Source of the DNA: a virus
Reading direction: 5' to 3' (one strand)
Virus record (IMG/VR): IMGVR_UViG_3300031669_005808
Length of the DNA stretch: 64,000 nucleotides
Shown piece by piece: positions 10,728-18,227 of the stretch; positions within the stretch are counted from its first letter, which is position 1, and every line of letters starts with the position of its first letter. The notes under the pieces were generated by a model. It made no database searches. It saw only the letters and a list, made by a program, of their open reading frames with translations, and had not been told where the DNA came from. Both the position numbers and the translations under genes were made by a program.

Positions 10728-10888
10728 TTTTGCTCCTTTATCAGAACTCTCGATTTATCTCCAGGCTCATACCTCCTCAATATTATATGGGATTCCCCTC
10801 CACACCAATCACATATAATATCGTATTTATCCCCTTTTATAGATTGCCACTCATGATTGCAATCATTACAATGTCTAATATCATACAT
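10715..10888 (-). CDS. Small zinc-ribbon protein (not in ORF track)
   Basis: Manual translation MYDIRHCNDCNHEWQ...ICDWCGGESH..., 57 aa, with a GGAG RBS. Confidence 0.5.
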   Translation of the reverse strand: MYDIRHCNDCNHEWQSIKGDKYDIICDWCGGESHIILRRYEPGDKSRVLIKEQKCNT

Positions 10889-10972
10889 TTTATTTCTCCT
10901 TTGCTACAATTTTAGCCTCAAGTACATTTTCTTTCTCATCATATCTAGGATACTCAATAACATACTCCCTGT

Positions 10973-11344
10973 CTAAAAATATAACCCTTGATTCTTACAA
11001 AAGAGTTCTAACTGTTTTTTATATTCACATGTTTTCATATCAGTTTTCCACACTATAACCTCCCCCACACGATCAAAATATTCCCTAAATACTCTCTTTG
11101 TAAACTCCTTAGGTATTTCTACAAATTGATCATCAGACCATTCAAAAACCTCCAACTTACCCTCAAGATGATTCAAACCTTCTATCCATAAATTCTCAGG
11201 ATTAAATAATTTGGAGCGAACTCCCTTCCGATTCCAAACTATAGAATCTGAAGGGAGCTTATTGAATTCATCTTTAGTTAAGAATTTGAAATTATACATT
11301 ATTCCCCCATCGTAGCATAGTACCCGTCTGCTTTCACATAGCAT
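10973..11344 (-). CDS. Hypothetical protein
   Basis: ORF track; the real start is probably an internal Met. Confidence 0.5.
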   Translation of the reverse strand: MLCESRRVLCYDGGIMYNFKFLTKDEFNKLPSDSIVWNRKGVRSKLFNPENLWIEGLNHLEGKLEVFEWSDDQFVEIPKEFTKRVFREYFDRVGEVIVWKTDMKTCEYKKQLELFCKNQGLYF

Positions 11345-11577
11345 TTATTCTCACCAACATATTTGAAATAAGGTTGTGACCCCGTGAAGAATATTATGGC
11401 CCCCCTTACGCATTCAGCTTCAGATACCTCACAAACGGACTCAATAGGAAGTTTCCACCCATCCGGATTTTGAACTTTTTCAAAGTACTCTTTTAAAGCT
11501 CCTCTTGTCATACCAAATTCAAGAAGGAACTCATCATCTAAGCTTTTTACAATCGAATTAATATAATGCTCTGACAT
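11299..11577 (-). CDS. Hypothetical phage protein
   Basis: Directly downstream of a promoter-motif copy, with RBS. Confidence 0.6.
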   Translation of the reverse strand: MSEHYINSIVKSLDDEFLLEFGMTRGALKEYFEKVQNPDGWKLPIESVCEVSEAECVRGAIIFFTGSQPYFKYVGENKCYVKADGYYATMGE

Positions 11578-11621
11578 TTCAAATCCCCCTTATATTTAAG
11601 TTGATCCTCTAACTGCTCTAT

Positions 11622-11657
11622 ATTATATATTCGATTTGAGTTTGAAGAATTTTACAC
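11622..11657 (-). promoter_or_regulatory. Conserved bipartite promoter-like motif, copy 1
   Basis: GTGTAAAATT-N12-ATCGAATA-TATAAT on the minus strand. Confidence 0.8.
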
Positions 11658-11658
11658 T

Positions 11659-11859
11659 TTAATACCAATCAAACCCTATATCCTCATCGTGAAGAGATAC
11701 TAATACCCAAACCAATAGGCTAAAAGGTCCAAATAGAGATACAATTATAAGGATTGAAAAATCTTCAAACTCACCATCAAATGAATAATTTCCATTCATT
11801 TGATGTAACCCTAAACCATAACTTAAAATTATAGAAATCAAATATAATATCCACCACAT
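11659..11859 (-). CDS. Small membrane protein in a repeat-flanked cassette
   Basis: Two hydrophobic segments; lies between the 89-bp repeats. Confidence 0.6.
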   Translation of the reverse strand: MWWILYLISIILSYGLGLHQMNGNYSFDGEFEDFSILIIVSLFGPFSLLVWVLVSLHDEDIGFDWY

Positions 11860-11903
11860 TTCAAATCCCCCTTATATTTAAGTTGACCATTTAACTGCTC
11901 TAT

Positions 11904-11939
11904 ATTATATATTCGATTTGAGTTTGAAGAATTTTACAC
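11904..11939 (-). promoter_or_regulatory. Conserved bipartite promoter-like motif, copy 2
   Basis: Same motif with exact N12 spacing and TATAAT. Confidence 0.8.
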
Positions 11940-11950
11940 TTTAAGGGAAA

Positions 11951-12679
11951 TTATTTTTTAATGTAGTAACCTCGACCCGAATTCTTATCAATTACAAACT
12001 TCCTGGCCTCCTCCAATTTATGTATATCCATCTGAGTTCGCATATATGTCTCACAACAATGCACGTAATCAATCCATTCCCTATACTTTTCAAGATCATT
12101 CTTAGCAGTCAAGAACTCCATAAACTCCTCTTGAATCTTCTCAAGTTGCTTCCGCTCGGATATATCCGTCATTATAGCTGGAAAATTGAATTTTATTTCA
12201 GAATCGACGCTATATTGTGGATAATACCTCTCAAATTCTATCTCAGATTCCTCCCTCAACTCCTTTGCTAAATCATCCGGGTAATCTTCTTCATAAATGA
12301 CTCTAGATATTCCCGCTGATAATATTGATTTGGTACAATAAGAACAAGGAGTACATTTGACATATAATGTTGACCCCTTCGCACTTATACCGAAATAAGA
12401 AGCCTGTAACAAAGCATTCTCCTCAGCATGTATCGCTCTGCATATCTCATGCCTCTGGCCGGAAGGAATATTCAATTCCTTCCGCCTACATACACCTAAG
12501 TCAATGCAATGAGCAATTTCCGGAGGCTGGCCATTATATCCTGTGGCTATAATCCTATTATCTTTAGTCAATATAGCCCCCACCTTTCTACGTAAACATG
12601 TTGATCTTGAGGCTATACGATCTAACATCCCCATAAAGTATTCATCCCAAGCCGGTCTAATCATATCATTTACCCCCAA
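11951..12679 (-). CDS. dCMP deaminase (ComEB type) fused to a MazG-like helical domain
   Basis: STCLRRKVGA, GYNG, HAEENA, PCSYC. The C-terminal QLEKIQEEFMEF...EWID resembles an all-alpha NTP pyrophosphatase. Confidence 0.8.
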   Translation of the reverse strand: MGVNDMIRPAWDEYFMGMLDRIASRSTCLRRKVGAILTKDNRIIATGYNGQPPEIAHCIDLGVCRRKELNIPSGQRHEICRAIHAEENALLQASYFGISAKGSTLYVKCTPCSYCTKSILSAGISRVIYEEDYPDDLAKELREESEIEFERYYPQYSVDSEIKFNFPAIMTDISERKQLEKIQEEFMEFLTAKNDLEKYREWIDYVHCCETYMRTQMDIHKLEEARKFVIDKNSGRGYYIKK

Positions 12680-13067
12680 TTTTCATATTTCCCCCAATAT
12701 TTTTAGGCATAGACGAGGCCTGAACTAATCCGGCCTTACGAGCTTTCAATTTCAGAATCTCACCTTTATAGGACTCTTCCAATCCTATACTGACATCATG
12801 CGAGAACAAAATTGAATTTTCATTTATAGGGCCTGCCACCTCTTCTTTTGTCAGTGTTATAAGAGGGGATAAATTGATACCTAATTGACCCGTGGGTAAT
12901 TGTTGGATCATAACTGCCATCGGGTTTATCCAGAATAATTCCTCCCCTTGACCATTCATTGAAGGTCTATACTCAAATTCAGTTAAGATATTGGCTCCAC
13001 TACTTAAAACATAACTCTTGACTTTTGATTTGATTGCTCTGCTACCATCACTATTAATTAACTCCAT
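12666..13067 (-). CDS. Hypothetical protein
   Basis: ORF track; overlaps neighbours. Confidence 0.6.
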   Translation of the reverse strand: MELINSDGSRAIKSKVKSYVLSSGANILTEFEYRPSMNGQGEELFWINPMAVMIQQLPTGQLGINLSPLITLTKEEVAGPINENSILFSHDVSIGLEESYKGEILKLKARKAGLVQASSMPKNIGGNMKIGGK

Positions 13068-13318
13068 TATTTTAATCCTCTCTTTTTCTTCGAATCCTTA
13101 TCTAAACCCATATCATGTAAAGTTGGGATATAACTCTTAGGGTTAGACTTCTTTAACGGTTTATATGCGAACTTATCCACCTTAAAATTTGCAGCAGATA
13201 TCACTTTTTTAGATATTGACCCACATTCCGGACAAGCCGAAACTTCAACATCCGAGTATTTACAAAATCTTTCAAATACTTCCTCACACTTTGGACACTC
13301 AAATTCATAAATTGGCAT
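13067..13318 (-). CDS. FmdB-family zinc-ribbon protein
   Basis: MPIYEFECPKCEEVFE...ACPECGS...KKVISA. Confidence 0.8.
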   Translation of the reverse strand: MPIYEFECPKCEEVFERFCKYSDVEVSACPECGSISKKVISAANFKVDKFAYKPLKKSNPKSYIPTLHDMGLDKDSKKKRGLK

Positions 13319-13323
13319 TCTGT

Positions 13324-13725
13324 TTATATCTCCTCCTCACTGGGTTTTACAAAGGTTAAAATAGTTATCTCAGAGATTTCATTCTGTTTAACACCGGAAG
13401 GAGGTATAACACTTTTATTCATAAGGATTGTTTTTTGACCCCAAATTTTGATACCCTCAGGAGGAACCTTAACTGGGTTAATCCCATTCAAATAGCGAAA
13501 ATCTTGCTCAGAATTTAAGCCTCCACCCCACTTATTCAGAGTAGTCCACTCAACCTTTTCTATATCCCTCTCCACAATGAGAGGGATATCCTTGCAATAA
13601 ATTACAATAGGCCCCCTACAATAATCTATATGTCCCATTAAGATTATACTATTCTCATCATAATACAATGAAATCCCATTACTCCACACATTAGGTAATC
13701 TTAAAGCTTGCATTGCTTTTATCAT
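13324..13725 (-). CDS. Hypothetical protein
   Basis: ORF track. Confidence 0.55.
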   Translation of the reverse strand: MIKAMQALRLPNVWSNGISLYYDENSIILMGHIDYCRGPIVIYCKDIPLIVERDIEKVEWTTLNKWGGGLNSEQDFRYLNGINPVKVPPEGIKIWGQKTILMNKSVIPPSGVKQNEISEITILTFVKPSEEEI

Positions 13726-13913
13726 GTTATTTCCTTCTCACTTAAATATTTTATATCTTTATTTCTACTCAAACTAATAATATCTAACTTACCATATATC
13801 TCCAAATTCCTCTTATAATGATTTTTCAAAGAGATCCTATCATGTATAGGGCCTACCAAAATTTCCTCGTTCATCAAATAAATTCCGGCATCCGATTTTT
13901 TCAGGATATCCAA
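13722..13913 (-). CDS. Hypothetical protein
   Basis: ORF track; TTG start. Confidence 0.4.
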   Translation of the reverse strand: MDILKKSDAGIYLMNEEILVGPIHDRISLKNHYKRNLEIYGKLDIISLSRNKDIKYLSEKEIT

Positions 13914-13928
13914 CCCTGATAGAAGGCC

Positions 13929-13963
13929 ACATCAAGAAGATCTTAATTTGATCTTCTTGATGT
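13929..13963. repeat. Perfect inverted repeat, 14-bp stem and 7-nt loop
   Basis: acatcaagaagatc-ttaattt-gatcttcttgatgt. Confidence 0.8.
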
Positions 13964-14060
13964 ATACCGTACCTCTAGATATTTCTCTTCTTCCTCTTAC
14001 AGCCATCCTCTTATCACCATCCTCATATCCGGATTATTCACTCTTAACTCTCCCTTTAAA

Positions 14061-14369
14061 TTATTCAGAATTTTTCCATCTCAAAACAGTAATTGGAGAA
14101 TGCCAATCTAAATCTGGATACACATCTTTCAAATAATCCAGAGCTTCATCAACACTATTACATCCCAAACTCTCATATTCTTCTTTTGTGATATCCAAAG
14201 CTTCTCTATGTATTACCTCAGTTATTTTTCTCACAAGAACCCAATTACGAGAGGGGCAAGCTAAGATGGTTTTAACTCGGTTAAAAAATTTATACCCCTC
14301 TTGAATGAGAATATTCTTATCCTCAATATCTTTTAAATTAACATCACTACTTAATAAAATTCCTTGCAT
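14061..14369 (-). CDS. ASCH-domain-like protein
   Basis: C-terminal KITEVIHREALDITKEEYESLGCNSVDEALDYLKDVYPD...ITVLRW resembles ASCH. Confidence 0.55.
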   Translation of the reverse strand: MQGILLSSDVNLKDIEDKNILIQEGYKFFNRVKTILACPSRNWVLVRKITEVIHREALDITKEEYESLGCNSVDEALDYLKDVYPDLDWHSPITVLRWKNSE

Positions 14370-14501
14370 TTAATTCTCCCTTCTGCTTAGATTAATTTAA
14401 AATCAACAATAAGTTATAACAAGCATATATAAGGCCATTAATAATTTGAATATAGTACTAGACATTTTTTAAATCCTTTCTTAAATTTATAATTTTTTTT
14501 A

Positions 14502-16658
14502 TTATCTGCCTAACCTGGCTAGAGCCGAACTCCATGAATGCTCATAAATGTGCAATCCTTTAGAATGACAAATAAATGATCCTGGTTCCAAATCCGTATC
14601 AACACACATTTGATCCATCAACATCGATAAACCCGCTAAATTCAATGGCATACCGCTATACATGTCCCAGGAATTGTGTACCAATACCGGAACCTCCCCG
14701 GCAAAAAACAAGTGTGAGGGTGTATCCACACTTAGATCATATACAAAATCTTCCTTACTAATTATACCAACACTTTTAACTTTTTTCTTGTAGAAATGTT
14801 GATTCTCAACTCGTTTAGATTTATCCTTACCAAATTCCATAATATGATGACAACCTGAGGATTCTATTATTCTATTCTCAGACCTGAAAAACACTCTTCT
14901 AGACTTCTCGGTATATATTGAATAATTCTTACCTAATCTTTTCATAATATATGAAAAATCTACAATCATATCCTTACTAGTCGTGGTACCCCCATCCCCA
15001 CTAAGCCACCCATCTAAGAATATCTGTAATTTAACAAAATCCAAAGTATACACAAAATTAGGTACGAACTTCACTTTTGAACCATGTACAAATCCTAAAT
15101 CCTGAAATAACATAGCTAAGAACTTGATAGCTATGTTTAAAACCTTACACCCATCCCTATCCTCAGTATTAGGGCAGTATTGAAACTCTTCCTCTAAGAA
15201 TTTCAATACCCTATTCAAATTATAATCCTTTTTATTAGAAATAGCCAATCTTAGGGCATTTCCCTTAGAATTATACCACCCATCAGCCAACCATAACCCC
15301 ATAAAATATAAAAAATCCTCTGATAATTGATACATCCTCGGAAAGATCTGTTTTTGACAACCTAAAGTAAGATTATTTAATTCCTTCAGATGGCTATCCT
15401 GAACACTACTGACCGAAATATACCTCTTATCCCTAAAATTTTCTGTATACTCCACTCCATTCCTTTTAAATATTGCAAAGTCATCTAAGGTTAAATCTTT
15501 AACATACACATTCCCTCTATCCTTGAATAATTGAAATAAGTCTATATAATCACTAGTGTATTCCACTACATTAGAAAAGGATCTAGGTTCCAATAGAAAA
15601 TCCCCTGGCTCTATATCTCTAGCCTCCATAAGTAATTTCAATTCTCCTCTGAGAACAAATATCCTATGGTCTTCAGTTACGGATAATCCTCCCCCACCGA
15701 ATAATTCTATTCTTATTATATCATTTTTAATTTGACGTTGAATATTAGTAACATCTCCCCACATAGGTTCAAATTTATCATCCACAGACATTACTTGAAT
15801 GTTACTACCATTTAAATGTTGTTCATATAAGTTTTCCATATTTGAACGTAATATAATATCATCCACCTTAGCAAATACAGGAGTATCCCCCACTAAACAT
15901 CTATAGTTAATGAACCAATGAATTTTTCCATCTCTAACACGAATATCCGCCCCTCTTAAACATGGAGAATCTGGAAGAGATAAATCCGAAGGCATTGCAA
16001 TCTGCATTACAATCTGATTAGATTGAGGATTTGTTAAAATATACGCGCAAAGATAGTAGTATTGTGGAACATCTACAAATATCTTGCTTGGAGAAATAAC
16101 AATATTCTTCTTGAACCGATTTAATAACTCTCGTACAATTGGATTACGAGTATCATAATCTATTCTAATACTCTCCATAATCCGAGAACCATAAGTATAC
16201 TGTTCATTTTTTGACAAGCTACTGCCAAATAAATAATCACCATAGTATTTCACAACCGCTGATTCCATTGTGGGCTTATTTAATTCATAATCTTCTTTGG
16301 ACACATAATGATCACAGGGTTTTATTTGGTATAATTCCTGCTCTGGTTTGAAAGATGTAACCCTCTCCCCACATTTCGGACATTTGAATTCCGGGTATAT
16401 TATGGGGTCAATAGGATTTGGTATACCTAACTTTGATTCCGGTATTCTTACGATACGTTTGCTCAAATCCGGATCGCAAGGGTTTGCTATCTCAAATAAG
16501 ATTGATTTATATTCCCTTCTTAAGGTTCCCTCAAAACTCCCCTTATCCACTCTCCGAATGTCAGCCAATGCTCGCTCATCGTCAAATATATCATATATAA
16601 GCTGAAACCAAGCATCAGGGATATTATCCGCTTTAATTATATGTGTGCTTAAAGGCAT
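14502..16658 (-). CDS. thyA: Thymidylate synthase (archaeal-type ThyA) containing an intein
   Basis: YTYGSR, catalytic SPCLR, YR|SWD split by the intein, and C-terminal SKGLHIY. Confidence 0.85.
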   Translation of the reverse strand: MPLSTHIIKADNIPDAWFQLIYDIFDDERALADIRRVDKGSFEGTLRREYKSILFEIANPCDPDLSKRIVRIPESKLGIPNPIDPIIYPEFKCPKCGERVTSFKPEQELYQIKPCDHYVSKEDYELNKPTMESAVVKYYGDYLFGSSLSKNEQYTYGSRIMESIRIDYDTRNPIVRELLNRFKKNIVISPSKIFVDVPQYYYLCAYILTNPQSNQIVMQIAMPSDLSLPDSPCLRGADIRVRDGKIHWFINYRCLVGDTPVFAKVDDIILRSNMENLYEQHLNGSNIQVMSVDDKFEPMWGDVTNIQRQIKNDIIRIELFGGGGLSVTEDHRIFVLRGELKLLMEARDIEPGDFLLEPRSFSNVVEYTSDYIDLFQLFKDRGNVYVKDLTLDDFAIFKRNGVEYTENFRDKRYISVSSVQDSHLKELNNLTLGCQKQIFPRMYQLSEDFLYFMGLWLADGWYNSKGNALRLAISNKKDYNLNRVLKFLEEEFQYCPNTEDRDGCKVLNIAIKFLAMLFQDLGFVHGSKVKFVPNFVYTLDFVKLQIFLDGWLSGDGGTTTSKDMIVDFSYIMKRLGKNYSIYTEKSRRVFFRSENRIIESSGCHHIMEFGKDKSKRVENQHFYKKKVKSVGIISKEDFVYDLSVDTPSHLFFAGEVPVLVHNSWDMYSGMPLNLAGLSMLMDQMCVDTDLEPGSFICHSKGLHIYEHSWSSALARLGR
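14673..15899 (-). mobile_element. Intein (409 aa) with LAGLIDADG homing endonuclease in ThyA
   Basis: Starts CLVGDTP, block B VTEDHRIF, LAGLIDADG-like FMGLWLADG and FLDGWLSGDG, ends VYDLSV...VLVHN followed by Ser+1. Confidence 0.92.
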
Positions 16659-16679
16659 ATTAACTTTCCTTTCTTAAAG

Positions 16680-16703
16680 GGAGGAGGTTATATAACCTCC
16701 TCC
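16680..16703. repeat. Perfect 24-bp palindrome upstream of the thyA RBS
   Basis: ggaggaggttatataacctcctcc is its own reverse complement. Confidence 0.8.
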
Positions 16704-16711
16704 TCAAAGAT

Positions 16712-17320
16712 TTAAACTTCAGTATTTGTCTCCATAAGAACATACTCCTCCGAAGGGCCATCCACCTCTAGGATTGTATAATATCTTTCTTCCCCAAAAT
16801 ATATATCCTCCTTAACGGTAGACTCTAATTCCACAAATTTTACCTCAATTATATCCTCCGAAGCCCCCATATTAAAAGCTTCTATATAATTTTTAAGGGT
16901 ATCATCCTTAATATCCTCATCAAAAACTGCAATCTTGATCAAATCTCGTAACTGATAACAAAATGTGACATCCACTCGATCCAAAAATTCAACCTCACCC
17001 TCAGTTATGAGAACCCTATATTTAAAATAAACGTTTGGACCCTTAGCTAAGATTTCCCCATTCAATTCAAATTCAGCAGGAGTTGAGTAATAAAACTTAT
17101 TGCCTGTTTTATCCACCCAAAGAATAGAATTACTCTTATGGAATTTTGACAAGTAACTTTCTTGATCCTTAACCTCATTCACTTCATAGGATGGTATAGG
17201 AAAAGAATTCTTCTTTCCTAAGCCCGTAACGGCTAGTATCTCCCCTCCAGTATAGGGATAAGTTATATAACCGACACTATTTGCTTCTCCAAATTTAACT
17301 CTTTGACCCATAGTATACAT
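16712..17320 (-). CDS. Hypothetical protein
   Basis: ORF track; AAAGGA RBS. Confidence 0.6.
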   Translation of the reverse strand: MYTMGQRVKFGEANSVGYITYPYTGGEILAVTGLGKKNSFPIPSYEVNEVKDQESYLSKFHKSNSILWVDKTGNKFYYSTPAEFELNGEILAKGPNVYFKYRVLITEGEVEFLDRVDVTFCYQLRDLIKIAVFDEDIKDDTLKNYIEAFNMGASEDIIEVKFVELESTVKEDIYFGEERYYTILEVDGPSEEYVLMETNTEV

Positions 17321-17346
17321 AATGATCTTCCTTTCTTAAGTTTTAA

Positions 17347-17544
17347 TTAGACACCTCTATGATAAGACTCACGTTTTTTTCTATTCTTACTCATATAGTC
17401 CGGAACAGAAAAGTGATCCTCATCTATAAAATCACATCTAAATTTCTCCTTTCTACTTGATTGTTTTCCGTGACATTTAATACCTCCAACGTAGGTATAA
17501 GGGCAATCTTTATACTTGCATATCTCATTAGCCTCTAAAATCAT
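17347..17544 (-). CDS. Small Cys-containing hypothetical protein
   Basis: CKYKDC...C...C pattern. Confidence 0.5.
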   Translation of the reverse strand: MILEANEICKYKDCPYTYVGGIKCHGKQSSRKEKFRCDFIDEDHFSVPDYMSKNRKKRESYHRGV

Positions 17545-17640
17545 TTAATATATCGTTCCTTTCTAATGATAATCATAATATACTTTAATCACAACTAAGA
17601 ATATAATAACCCCCAGGATAATATATTCCATACCTTTCCC

Positions 17641-17877
17641 CTAATACAATGATTCTGAAATATCTTCTAAATGATCCTTAAGACTTATCATATCCTCTAG
17701 CAGACTCTTGACATATCTTTCCATTTCATCTATCCCATTCACCAAATCAGTTAGCTTATCCTCCAAACTGGAATGCAATTGAATAGCCGATAACTTATCC
17801 CCAGGATTACAAGTATTTTCCACATCTTCCTCACAACACTCAACCACCACATTTACAAGACTTCTTAAATCTACCAT
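17641..17877 (-). CDS. Hypothetical protein
   Basis: ORF track. Confidence 0.5.
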   Translation of the reverse strand: MVDLRSLVNVVVECCEEDVENTCNPGDKLSAIQLHSSLEDKLTDLVNGIDEMERYVKSLLEDMISLKDHLEDISESLY

Positions 17878-17879
17878 TT

Positions 17880-18227
17880 TTATTTCTCCTTCTGTTTAAA
17901 TAATGAACAGGCTTTATGCCCATTTAAAAATAAATGTTGATTATGATCACTTTCAGGATTCACACAACCGTGTATTCCTATAATATTTCTAGCCCCCATT
18001 ATCAAATCACAATACTCACAATCTTTGCAATAATGAGAATCAAGAGGAAGAATATTTCCCTCATCCTCCGATGGTATGAAAAGTATATGACAGGAATTAC
18101 ATTGTACTAAATCACCTCTTGAATAATCTATAGCCAAGGAGATATCCCCACCTACAGGATTGATGGAGCCTCCTAAGGGCATAGTCACTTTAGAATAACT
18201 ATTAGATCTACATACAGGACAGCTCAT
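17880..18227 (-). CDS. Cys-rich (zinc-binding) hypothetical protein
   Basis: CPVC, CNSC, CKDCEYC motifs. Confidence 0.6.
   Translation of the reverse strand: MSCPVCRSNSYSKVTMPLGGSINPVGGDISLAIDYSRGDLVQCNSCHILFIPSEDEGNILPLDSHYCKDCEYCDLIMGARNIIGIHGCVNPESDHNQHLFLNGHKACSLFKQKEK

Larger units (their letters stand above)
11574..11944. repeat. 89-bp direct repeat (11574-11662 and 11856-11944) flanking one small gene
   Basis: Manual alignment gives 86/89 identity with period 282. Each copy contains the promoter motif, RBS and start codon. Confidence 0.9.
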
